64,000 bases of DNA from an uncultured Trueperaceae bacterium (GTDB lineage: Bacteria > Deinococcota > Deinococci > Deinococcales > Trueperaceae): the NCBI GenBank assembly GCA_963815215.1, contig CAWFFU010000003.1, positions 160,001-224,000 on the forward strand. Reading direction: 5' to 3'. The translations under genes were made by a program, and so were the position numbers. Below the pieces are notes generated by a model. The model searched no databases. It worked only from the letters and a program-made list of their open reading frames with translations, and was not told the DNA's origin. Shown in pieces: positions 48,836 through 61,899 of the stretch; the first letter of the stretch is position 1, and every line of letters begins with the position of its first letter.

Positions 48836-50020
48836 ATGACGGGCCGGGGAGGGGACGCCGAGCCGGTGGCCGCCGTCGCGAACGGCGGCGACGCAGGCAC
48901 CGGAGTGCTGGTGCGACGCGCCACCAAGGGCGACCTCGAGGCGCTCGACGGGCTCGAGCGCAGCTTCCCCGGTGACCGTCTGAAGCGCAGTTCCCTGTCC
49001 CGCCTGTTGGGCCGCGACAGCGCTGAGCTGTGGGTGGCCGAGGCCTCCGGGCGCGTGGTCGGTGACGCGGTGGTGCTATTCCGCAAGGGGTTCGTCTCGG
49101 CGCGCCTGTACTCGCTGGTGGTCCGGCCGGAGAGCCGTCGCCAGGGCGTGGCCCGATCGCTGCTGGCTCGGGCCGAGGCGGGGGCCCGTGAACGCGGCGC
49201 CGTGGCCATGCGCCTCGAGGTCCGCGAGGACAACCGGACCGCCATCGTGCTGTACGAGAAGTTCGGCTACGAGGTGGTGGGACGTACCGCGGACTACTAC
49301 CAGGACCATTCGGACGCGTTGCGCATGCAGAAGCGCTTCGCCGCCGGCGGAGCCGTCGTTCAGGCGGTGCCTTACTACCCGCAATCGCTGGAGTTCACCT
49401 GCGGGCCGGCAGCGCTGATGATGGCGATGCGCCACCACGGCTACCCGGTGCCGCTGGAGCGCTGGCTCGAGCTCGCCCTGTGGCGCGAGGCGACCACCAT
49501 CTTCATGCTCTCCGGGCACGGCGGCTGTAGCGCCCACGGCCTGGCGGTAGCGGCGCTGCGCCGCGGCTTCCGCGCCACGGTGGTGACGCGCGACGCCGAG
49601 GTGCCGTTCCTCGACTCGGTCCGCAGTGACGACAAGAAGGACGTCATCCGCATCGCGCACCGCACCTTCGAACGCGAACTGCGCGACCTCGGCGGCCGCG
49701 TCGAGCTGCGTGACGTCACCGACCGGGACGTCGTCGAGGCGCTCAAGCGCGGCGCCCTTCCGCTGGTGATGCTGTCGGGCTACCGGCTGTACGCCGAGAA
49801 GGTCCCGCATTGGGTGGTCGTGACCGGCTTCGACGCCGATCACCTGTACCTGCATGACCCCTTCATCCCCGATGGCGCCGGCCGCGCCGACAGCGTGCAC
49901 CTGCCGTTGAGGCGCGACGCCTTCGAGGCCGTGAGCCGATTCGGCAGACGCCGTCATCGGGCCATGGTGGTGGTCGAGAGCTGGGGGCGGGTCAGCCGTC
50001 GGCGGCCAGGTAGCGGATGA
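48836..50020 (+). CDS. RimI-like GNAT acetyltransferase fused to peptidase C39-like (DUF3335) domain
   Basis: RLYSLVV..RRQGVA, LEVREDN..AIVLYEKFGY..YYQD; then YYPQSLEFTCGPAALMMAM, LWREATTIFM, PHWVVVTG, HDP. Confidence 0.9.
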   Translation: MTGRGGDAEPVAAVANGGDAGTGVLVRRATKGDLEALDGLERSFPGDRLKRSSLSRLLGRDSAELWVAEASGRVVGDAVVLFRKGFVSARLYSLVVRPESRRQGVARSLLARAEAGARERGAVAMRLEVREDNRTAIVLYEKFGYEVVGRTADYYQDHSDALRMQKRFAAGGAVVQAVPYYPQSLEFTCGPAALMMAMRHHGYPVPLERWLELALWREATTIFMLSGHGGCSAHGLAVAALRRGFRATVVTRDAEVPFLDSVRSDDKKDVIRIAHRTFERELRDLGGRVELRDVTDRDVVEALKRGALPLVMLSGYRLYAEKVPHWVVVTGFDADHLYLHDPFIPDGAGRADSVHLPLRRDAFEAVSRFGRRRHRAMVVVESWGRVSRRRPGSG

Positions 50021-50867
50021 TCTCCCCGTAGATCTCGGGGTTGGCCTGATCCTCCTCGCCGGCCGCGATGGTCGGGTTGTCGTTCACCTCGATGACGTAG
50101 TACTCGCCGTCGATCTCCTTGATGTCGACGCCGTAGAGGCTGTTGCCGATCGCTGCCGCCGCGGCGAGCGCCACCTCCAACAGGCGGGGGTCGGCCTGGT
50201 CGCGTGGGACGCCCTCGACGCTGGCCAACTCGCCGGCGTCGCTGCGGTCCATGGTGCGCCAGCCCTGCGGCGGGAAGCGGTACATCACCACCGCCAGCAC
50301 GCGGCCGTCCAGGGTGATCACGCGCCAGTCGAAGTCGCTCGGCATGTACTGCTGCACCACCAGGCGGTCGGCGCGCCTCAGGAAGCGACGCCCGACCTTC
50401 ACGAACGCTTCCGCGGTGGCCACCTTGTCGACGTAGAGGCTGAAGCTGGAGTTCGGCGCCTTCAGCACAACGGGCGTGCCCAGCGACTCGAACAGCGCCT
50501 CGGCGGTGGCCTCGCGCACCTCGTCCTCGGCCAGGAAGCGTGTGACGGGTATCGGTACGCCGTTGCGCTCGAGCCGGGAGTACATGTTGACCTTGTCGCA
50601 GCAGATGCGGATGGACTCGGCCTGGTCGAGCACGCGGATGCCGAGTAGCTCGGCCGATCGCGCCACCACGTAGCTGGTGTTGAGCGGATCGGTGAGCGCC
50701 CGGATCAACACTCCGTGGTAGTTGCGCAGGTACTTCAGCTCGTCCTTGAACAGGAAGTCGAGCTCGTGACCCAGCTCGAAGGCCGCCAGCCGGAAATTCG
50801 TCAGGGCCGTGAGCTCCACCGCGGAGCGGATGGTGTAGCGTTCGGCGAAGATGGCTAGACGCGCCAT
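49992..50867 (-). CDS. RimK-like ATP-grasp ligase
   Basis: CCDKVNMY, VLKAPNSSFS, QQYMPSDFDWR, LYGVDIKE, VIEVNDNPTI. Confidence 0.9.
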   Translation of the reverse strand: MARLAIFAERYTIRSAVELTALTNFRLAAFELGHELDFLFKDELKYLRNYHGVLIRALTDPLNTSYVVARSAELLGIRVLDQAESIRICCDKVNMYSRLERNGVPIPVTRFLAEDEVREATAEALFESLGTPVVLKAPNSSFSLYVDKVATAEAFVKVGRRFLRRADRLVVQQYMPSDFDWRVITLDGRVLAVVMYRFPPQGWRTMDRSDAGELASVEGVPRDQADPRLLEVALAAAAAIGNSLYGVDIKEIDGEYYVIEVNDNPTIAAGEEDQANPEIYGEIIRYLAADG

Positions 50868-51496
50868 GATCCCAGCTCCGTGACCAGTGCCCGTTCCTCG
50901 GGCGTGAGCTGCGCCAGCGGCAGCGGCATCAGGGCCGACAGTAGGTACGCTTTGGGGGTGACGATCACGCGCACGCGAGCCAGCGGCAGCCGGAAGGTCC
51001 CGAACACCGCCCGCGCGAACGCCTCGTACTCGGGCACCAGCGTGCGCCCCAGCACGCAGCGCACCACGTCGATGCGGTAGTCGGGCGGAAGCTCCTGGCA
51101 CAGCACGGCGTACTTCCCGGTGTAGGTCAGTCCGTTGCGTCGCGCCTCGATGGCGGCGGTGTCGACCAGCAGCTCCCCCTTCTCGGAGAAGGGATTGACG
51201 GGGTAGGCCATGAGCGGTGGGGGTGGGAAGCGCGAGGTGGTGATGTGGAAGGCGGGCACCAGCACTCCCGCCAGGCGCGCTTTCTCCATGGCGATCGGCA
51301 CCACGTAGGCGTCGAGCGCGTCGGCGGTGGTGGGGATGAGGTCGAGGCCGGAGAGCTCGGCGTCCAGCGAGCCGTAGTAGCCGCTGGCGAGGTAGCCATA
51401 GTCGCCGGCCATGTTGGCCAGGTCCGCGGCGACGCCCCCCGAGGGGGCGTCGCCTGCGAACCGGGCCGGATCGAGCTGTAGCAGTGGGATCGTCAC
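50855..51496 (-). CDS. RimK-like ATP-grasp N-terminal (RLAN) domain protein
   Basis: 'NMAGDYGYLASGYYGSLDAE..G..LIPT' matches the RLAN pattern; GTG 51496; overlaps the downstream ATP-grasp gene. Confidence 0.8.
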   Translation of the reverse strand: MTIPLLQLDPARFAGDAPSGGVAADLANMAGDYGYLASGYYGSLDAELSGLDLIPTTADALDAYVVPIAMEKARLAGVLVPAFHITTSRFPPPPLMAYPVNPFSEKGELLVDTAAIEARRNGLTYTGKYAVLCQELPPDYRIDVVRCVLGRTLVPEYEAFARAVFGTFRLPLARVRVIVTPKAYLLSALMPLPLAQLTPEERALVTELGSWRV

Positions 51497-51515
51497 GGGG
51501 TCGGCGCGGCGCCTC

Positions 51516-52694
51516 TCAGACTTCCAGCGCCGCGACGCCGGGGAGGGTCCTGCCCTCGAGGAACTCGAGCGCGGCTCCCCCTCCGGTGGAGATGTGCCCG
51601 ATGCGGTCGGCCAGGCCCGTTGCGTTGACGGCGGCCACCGAGTCGCCACCTCCCACCACCGTGAAGGCGCTGAGCTCGGCGACGGTCCGGGCCATGGCGA
51701 CGGTGCCGGCGTCGAACGGCGGAGTCTCGAACACGCCCAACGGCCCGTTCCAGAACACCGTGCGAGCACTGCTGAGCGCCTCCCGGAAGGCCGCGATGGC
51801 GCGCGGGCCGATGTCCAGCCCGAGCTCGCCGTCGGGGATCGCATCGGTGGGGTGGACCGCGGTCTTCGCCCCATCCTTCAGCTCGCGGGCGCACACCGAG
51901 TCCTCGGGGAGGACCACGCGCACGCCACGCTCGGTAGCCTGCGCCAGCAGCTCGCGGGCGGTGTCGAACTGATCGGGCTCGACGCGCGAGGCGCCCACCC
52001 GCCCGCCCTGCGCCGCCACGAACGTGAAGGCCATGGCGCCACCGACGACGATGGTGTCGGCGACCCCGAGCAGGCTACTGATGACGCCGATCTTGTCCGA
52101 CACCTTGGCGCCGCCCAGGATCACCGCGAACGGGTGTTCCGGGTCGTCGAGCAGCTTGCCGAGGGCGTGCAGCTCCTGCTGGAGCAGGTGCCCCGCCGCC
52201 GCCGGCAGCAGCCGCGCCACGCCCTCGGTGCTGGCGTGGGCGCGGTGGGCCGAGCCGAACGCGTCATTGACGTAGGCGTCGGCGTACCCCGCCAGGATGC
52301 GGGCCAGGGCGGGGTCGTTCTTGGTCTCCCGGGCGTCGAAGCGGGTGTTCTCCAGCAGTGTCACGCTGCCGTGCGGGGCGTCCTGCACGAACGCTTCCTG
52401 CTCCGGGGAGGCGGGGCCGTCGCAGGCCAGGTAGCGCACGTCACGCCCCAGCAGCTCCCCGAGACGCGCCGCCACGGGGCGCATGCGGGCGGACTCGTCC
52501 ACGCCCTTGGGACGTCCGAGATGGCTCATGAGGATGAGGGTCGCGCCGCGCGACGAGAGCGCTTCCAGCGTGGGTAGGGCCGCGCGGATGCGGGTATCGT
52601 CCCCGACGCGACCGTCCTTGATCGGGACGTTGAAGTCGACCCGGACCAGGACGCGTTTGTCCTTGACGTCGAGGTCCTCGAGGGTCCGTAACAT
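51516..52694 (-). CDS. pgk: Phosphoglycerate kinase
   Basis: RVDFNVP, SHLGRP, LLENTRF, DAFGSAHRAHAS, GGAKVSDKI, STGGGA. Confidence 0.98.
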   Translation of the reverse strand: MLRTLEDLDVKDKRVLVRVDFNVPIKDGRVGDDTRIRAALPTLEALSSRGATLILMSHLGRPKGVDESARMRPVAARLGELLGRDVRYLACDGPASPEQEAFVQDAPHGSVTLLENTRFDARETKNDPALARILAGYADAYVNDAFGSAHRAHASTEGVARLLPAAAGHLLQQELHALGKLLDDPEHPFAVILGGAKVSDKIGVISSLLGVADTIVVGGAMAFTFVAAQGGRVGASRVEPDQFDTARELLAQATERGVRVVLPEDSVCARELKDGAKTAVHPTDAIPDGELGLDIGPRAIAAFREALSSARTVFWNGPLGVFETPPFDAGTVAMARTVAELSAFTVVGGGDSVAAVNATGLADRIGHISTGGGAALEFLEGRTLPGVAALEV

Positions 52695-52746
52695 GAGGGC
52701 TCCTATCCGAGCGTTCGAGATGGGGCGAACGGCGCCAGAAGGCCGT

Positions 52747-57169
<4,423 letters not shown>

Positions 57170-57199
57170 GGTGTTACCTCGCTCTCCGGGGGCGGCCAC

Positions 57200-57500
57200 G
57201 AGAACGCGCCCCGAACGCATGCGGCGTTGGGGCGCGTGACGTGCCGCGCGATACCACCCAACTTCTCCGGCCCCTCGCGGGGTTCGGACTCGAGCGACTG
57301 CCCCGCTCACGGGAAGCGGGAGAGTCCGGCGCTGTGACGCGCGCCGCGCGGCTCCGTCTACTGTCGCCGCGACGGTTCGCGCCGAGTTCGGGGAGCGGCT
57401 CGGGGAGGATCTTCGGCCTGCCGGTTCCCGACCGGGCTCGCACCGTCCCCGGCTCGCTGGAGGGTCCCTCGTGCAGGCGTACTCGTTCCCGTCATCGCCC
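57200..57500 (-). promoter_or_regulatory. T-box riboswitch (Ile) upstream of ileS
   Basis: Minus strand: GATGA..GAGTA stem I start, AGCGA and GGTG loop motifs, specifier GAAG-ATC (57410-57408 = Ile), T-box AAGTTGGGTGGTATCGCG (~57264-57247), competing hairpin 57205-57236. Confidence 0.92.
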
Positions 57501-57548
57501 TTCCGCCGGCCGGAGTGCACCGTGCCGTGGCCGGCGGTTCAGAGCCGC

Positions 57549-57578
57549 TTTACAACCTTCGGCGGCCCCGCATATACT
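57549..57578 (+). promoter_or_regulatory. Putative rho promoter
   Basis: TTTACA, 18 nt spacer, TATACT. Confidence 0.55.
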
Positions 57579-57808
57579 AAACCTAGCAGCAGGCCGTGAC
57601 AACGTCAATCATGCCGCTGCGATTCCTCGCACAACCTGCTCGTGCGTCTTCGCGGTGCGCGCATGCTCCTTGGACGTACGGTGTGCGACCCCGCCGGATG
57701 GTGGACAACGAGCGTTCCCATGAGCCACGTCAAGGTTCGAGATCCAGTTCGAGTTCTGCATCCCAGCCTCGTGCCCCTTCGAGGGCGAGCGCACGGAACG
57801 GAGATGGC

Positions 57809-59614
57809 ATGAGCCCCAGAAGCCGGAAGACAGCCAACGACAGCGGCGCCGCCCAGGCGACCGACGCGAGTGACGCCCAGGACGTCAAGCCCCGCAAGCG
57901 CGGTCGTCCGCGCAAGCAGGAGGCGGCGGCCGAAGCAGCGTCGGGCGCGAGCGACACGGCGACCGAGACCGCCGCGGGTCCGAACGGCGCCCCCGACACG
58001 ACGAGCGGCGAGGCTCCTGCCGGCGAGGTTGCCGCCGTCGAGGCGCCGGCCGCCCCGGCGGCCGATGAGGCCGAGGCGCGGGAGCGTGCCGGTGGCGACG
58101 GGACGCCGCGCGAGCGCGGTGACGGCGCGAAGAAGGGCGGGCGTTCCGGTGGGCGCAAGGGGGCCGGCAACGGCAAGAGCAAGGCGAACCAGGAGACCGG
58201 CGAGCGTGTCGGCACGGACGACGCCGGCGCTGCCCAGACGGACCGGGGTGGCTCCGATGGTTCCAGGGACCGCTCCGGTGACGATAGCGACCAGGAGGAG
58301 CGCGGTCGCGGCGGCCGCGGCGGCCGCAACCGGCGCGGGCGCTCGGGCGGCGGCCGCAAGGGTGGCCTGAACTTCCGCGAGTTGCAGTCCAAGATCGTTC
58401 CTGAGCTGCATCTGCTGGCCAAGGAGGTCGGTCTCGAGGAGTACCGCCAGATGAGCAAGGACGACCTGGCGCTGGCCATCCTCGAACGCTCGGCCGAGAG
58501 CGAGGGGCTCAAGCTGGTCCAGGGCTACCTCGAGATCTCGTCGGACGGCTACGGCTTCCTGCAGGAGTCGCTGTTGCAGCTCAGCTCGCGCAGCGTGATC
58601 GTGTCGGCGGGCCTCATCAAGCAGTTCAAGCTGCGTGCCGGCGACTACATCCTGGGCAAGGCGCGGCGCCCCCGCGACAACGAGCGCTATGGGACCCTGA
58701 TCCGGGTCGAGGCCGTCAACGGGGTCGACCCCTTCCACGCTGCCAAGCGCCCCCGCTTCGACGACCTGATTCCTACGTTCCCGGAGAAGCGGATCACGCT
58801 GGAGACTGCGCAAGACGAGCTCTCAGCCCGCGTCATCGATCTGCTCGCGCCCATCGGCCGGGGACAGCGCGGCCTGATCGTGGCGCCTCCCAAGGCCGGG
58901 AAGACTACCCTGCTCAAGAAGATCGCCAACTCGGTGGTCAGCAACGAGGACGACATCAAGGTCATCGTGCTGCTGGTGGACGAGCGGCCCGAGGAGGTCA
59001 CCGACTTCCGGGAGTCGGTCAGCGGCGTGGAGGTCATCGCCAGTACCTTCGACGAGCCCCCCTCCAACCACATCCGCGTGGCGGAGTTCGTGCATGAGCG
59101 CGCACGCCGCATCGTCGAAGAGGGCGGGCACGTGATGATCCTGCTCGACTCCATCACCCGCCTGGCGCGCGCCAACAACCTCGTGACGCCGGCGACCGGG
59201 CGCACCCTGTCGGGCGGTCTGGATTCCAACGCCTTGCACTGGCCGAAGCGCTTCCTGGGCGCGGCCCGCAACATCCGCGGCGGCGGCAGTCTCAGTATCC
59301 TGGCCACCGCCCTGGTCGAGACGGGATCGCGCATGGACGACGTCATCTTCGAGGAGTTCAAGGGCACCGGTAACATGGAGCTGCACTTGAGCCGCCGGCT
59401 CGAGGAACGGCGCATCTTCCCGGCGATCGACATCCTGAAGTCGGGCACGCGCCGCGAGGATCTTCTGCTGGGCGAGGCGATCCTGGCGAAGATGTGGCTG
59501 CTGCGCAAGGTCATCAGCGACATGGACGCGGCCGAAGCGATGGAGATGTTGCTCTCGAGGCTGTCGCGCACCAAGAGCAATGAGGAGTTCCTTGCCACGC
59601 TCGGACAGGGCTGA
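57809..59614 (+). CDS. rho: Transcription termination factor Rho with long N-terminal low-complexity extension
   Basis: GYLEI..DGYGFL, PIGRGQRGLIVAPPKAGKTT, DERPEEVTD, LDSITRLARA, FKGTGNMEL. Start ATG 57809 is tentative. Confidence 0.97.
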   Translation: MSPRSRKTANDSGAAQATDASDAQDVKPRKRGRPRKQEAAAEAASGASDTATETAAGPNGAPDTTSGEAPAGEVAAVEAPAAPAADEAEARERAGGDGTPRERGDGAKKGGRSGGRKGAGNGKSKANQETGERVGTDDAGAAQTDRGGSDGSRDRSGDDSDQEERGRGGRGGRNRRGRSGGGRKGGLNFRELQSKIVPELHLLAKEVGLEEYRQMSKDDLALAILERSAESEGLKLVQGYLEISSDGYGFLQESLLQLSSRSVIVSAGLIKQFKLRAGDYILGKARRPRDNERYGTLIRVEAVNGVDPFHAAKRPRFDDLIPTFPEKRITLETAQDELSARVIDLLAPIGRGQRGLIVAPPKAGKTTLLKKIANSVVSNEDDIKVIVLLVDERPEEVTDFRESVSGVEVIASTFDEPPSNHIRVAEFVHERARRIVEEGGHVMILLDSITRLARANNLVTPATGRTLSGGLDSNALHWPKRFLGAARNIRGGGSLSILATALVETGSRMDDVIFEEFKGTGNMELHLSRRLEERRIFPAIDILKSGTRREDLLLGEAILAKMWLLRKVISDMDAAEAMEMLLSRLSRTKSNEEFLATLGQG

Positions 59615-59644
59615 GTGACAGCCTAGAACCATGAGTGCCGTTCC

Positions 59645-60745
59645 ATGGCCCGGCTGAGGCGCGGCGCGGTCACGGTGGTGGCGCTGGTGGTGCTGTTCCT
59701 GGGTGCCGCGGCGCATGCCGAGCAGCGCTACGTGGTCAGGCCCGGCGACACGCTCTTCGCGCTGGCCCAACGATTCGACACCACGGTCGCCGCACTGCGG
59801 GGTGCCAACCGGCTCGGGAGCGACGTGCTCCGGGTCGGCCAGGTGCTGGCGGTGCCGGGTGGGCAGCGTGGCGGGTACCACACGACCATCGTGCGCGCAG
59901 GGGAGACGCTGGCCGACGTGGCGCGTCGCGTCGGGCGGACGCCGGCCACGCTGACCTCGGCGAACCCGGGGCTGGCTTCGGGGGAGTTGGCGCTAGGTGC
60001 CGCCATCTCGGTGCCGCCGGGGGACGGGGTGACCGAAGAGGTCGGCCCGGGCGACACGCTGGCGAGCCTGGCGGCCCGCGTGGGGACGAGCACTGGAGCT
60101 CTGGCGCAGCTGAACGACCTGTCGAGCGATGCTGTCCTGCGGCCCGGCCAGTCCGTACTGGTGCCGCCCGCTGCGACCGGGGCCGAAGCGGCGCCAAGCG
60201 GTGGCATGGGCGGCGCAGGCCCGGCGCCGACCGTGGTCGCGGTCGCGGCGCCGGCCGACCCCGCCACCGTCCGCGAGCGGCTGCGTCGCATGCAGGACGC
60301 CGACCTGCGAGCGGCCGTGGCGCGCCTCACGGCGGTATCGTTCCAAGAGCTCGACTTCCGCGCGCCGGTGCAGGGCAGGGTGTCCTCCCGTTTCGGCTGG
60401 CGGGCGTTGAGCGTGAACGGCAACCACTTCCACGCCGGAGTCGACCTCGCGGTCGCCCTGGGAACGCCGGTGCATGCGGCCCGCGACGGCGTCGTCGTCA
60501 AGGCCGGGTGGGGTGGCACCTACGGCAACGTGGTCTACCTAGACCATGGCGACGGGACGCAGACGCGCTACGCTCACCTCAGCCGTATCGAGGTGCGGGT
60601 GGGACAGCGCCTGCGGCAGGGTGACGTGCTGGGGCTCGCCGGGAGCACCGGGGCGTCGACCGGTCCGCACGTTCACTTCGAGCTGCGCTTCGATGGTCGC
60701 GCCGTCGACCCGCTCGAGTACCTGCGGGGCACGGCCTCTCGCTGA
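59645..60745 (+). CDS. LysM-repeat M23 family metallopeptidase
   Basis: Signal peptide, three LysM repeats (VRPGDTL etc.), HAGVD, YAHL, GSTGASTGPHVHFE. Confidence 0.93.
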   Translation: MARLRRGAVTVVALVVLFLGAAAHAEQRYVVRPGDTLFALAQRFDTTVAALRGANRLGSDVLRVGQVLAVPGGQRGGYHTTIVRAGETLADVARRVGRTPATLTSANPGLASGELALGAAISVPPGDGVTEEVGPGDTLASLAARVGTSTGALAQLNDLSSDAVLRPGQSVLVPPAATGAEAAPSGGMGGAGPAPTVVAVAAPADPATVRERLRRMQDADLRAAVARLTAVSFQELDFRAPVQGRVSSRFGWRALSVNGNHFHAGVDLAVALGTPVHAARDGVVVKAGWGGTYGNVVYLDHGDGTQTRYAHLSRIEVRVGQRLRQGDVLGLAGSTGASTGPHVHFELRFDGRAVDPLEYLRGTASR

Positions 60746-60793
60746 GATCACACGGAACGGACACAGACGAGGCCATCCCCGGGAGCGTAGCGT

Positions 60794-61279
60794 GTGGCCG
60801 TGGCCAGGGTATTGCTGGTGGAGCCGAACGATCACCTGAGGCGGGTGTTCCGGCGTCGCTTCGTCCGCGAGGGTTTCGATCTGGTGGAGGCCGTCGACGC
60901 TGAGGCGGCGCTGGGTGAGGCCCGCAGCGGGCTCCCCGACGTGATCGTACTCGAGGGCTCGGTGCGGGATGCCGGCGGCCTGGACCTGTCGTTGCGATTG
61001 GCCCGCGATCCCGACCTCAGGTGGGTGCCGCTCATCGTGCTCGAGGGGCGCGGGCGCTGGGACGTGACGCCCGAGCCGCGCGTGGAAGACGAGGTCGTTG
61101 TGGAAGGCGTGCCGATCGCCGAAGCGTCACTCGCGGTACTCCCGGTGCCGTCCGAGGCCGCCGGAGATGCGTTGTTGCCCCATCCGCATGAGTTGCGTCA
61201 TCCCTTCCGGCCGGGTCGTCTGGTCGAGCTCGCCAGGGGCGCGATCGCGTCCGGTGCGGGCGCTGCGTCCGATCCCTGA
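60794..61279 (+). CDS. Atypical single-domain response regulator receiver
   Basis: RVLLVE, GFDLVEA.D..AL, PDVIVLE, GLDL...L, VPLIVL, 'HPF' in place of KPF. Confidence 0.7.
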   Translation: MAVARVLLVEPNDHLRRVFRRRFVREGFDLVEAVDAEAALGEARSGLPDVIVLEGSVRDAGGLDLSLRLARDPDLRWVPLIVLEGRGRWDVTPEPRVEDEVVVEGVPIAEASLAVLPVPSEAAGDALLPHPHELRHPFRPGRLVELARGAIASGAGAASDP

Positions 61280-61332
61280 GGCCTGAGGACACTCCAACGA
61301 CACGCTAGAAGCGCCGTTCGCATGGGGCTTCG

Positions 61333-61396
61333 TTGACGGTGATGGGGTGCCGCAGCTATACTCGCCTCAGAAGTTCTTCGGAATCATTCCGAGGAT
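61333..61396 (+). promoter_or_regulatory. Promoter plus candidate Rrf2 operator
   Basis: TTGACG (61333-61338), 18 nt, TATACT (61357-61362); 11-1-11 inverted repeat TTCTTCGGAAT-C-ATTCCGAGGAT (61374-61396). Confidence 0.6.
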
Positions 61397-61417
61397 TCGG
61401 CAAGGGGATGACGAACC

Positions 61418-61873
61418 ATGTGGATCTCGACGAAGGCCCAATACGGCATGCGAGCCCTGGTCGAGGTGGCGCTCGGCGGTGACGAGCCGACCAGTCTGAA
61501 GACCGTCGCTGATCGTCAGAGCCTGAGCCACCAGTACCTCGAACAGATCTTCGCCGTGCTGCGTCGCGCCGGGATCGTCGAATCGGTACGGGGGGCACGC
61601 GGCGGCTACCGCGTGGCCCGTTCCCTGGAAGCCGTGCCTGCGCTGGAGGTCGTCGAGTTGCTCGAGGGCAGCGTGGCGCCCGTGACCTGCATCGACGACG
61701 AAGGCACCTGCGAGCGGGTGGGTCACTGCTCGACGGAGATCCTGTGGCGCCGCGTGGACGCCGCCGTGCGCGAGGTTCTGGGCTCGACCTCGCTGGCCGA
61801 TCTGGTCGCGCAACGTCAGATCCTCGGTCTGGTGCGCTTCGGCGAAGCCGGAAGCGTCGGGCAGGCCAGCTGA
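61418..61873 (+). CDS. Rrf2 family transcriptional regulator (IscR/CymR-like)
   Basis: ISTKAQYGMRAL, YLEQIF..LRRAGIVESVRGARGGY, three C-terminal Cys. Confidence 0.93.
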   Translation: MWISTKAQYGMRALVEVALGGDEPTSLKTVADRQSLSHQYLEQIFAVLRRAGIVESVRGARGGYRVARSLEAVPALEVVELLEGSVAPVTCIDDEGTCERVGHCSTEILWRRVDAAVREVLGSTSLADLVAQRQILGLVRFGEAGSVGQAS

Positions 61874-61899
61874 GCCGCCGCCCCGACACCCGGCGCGAC

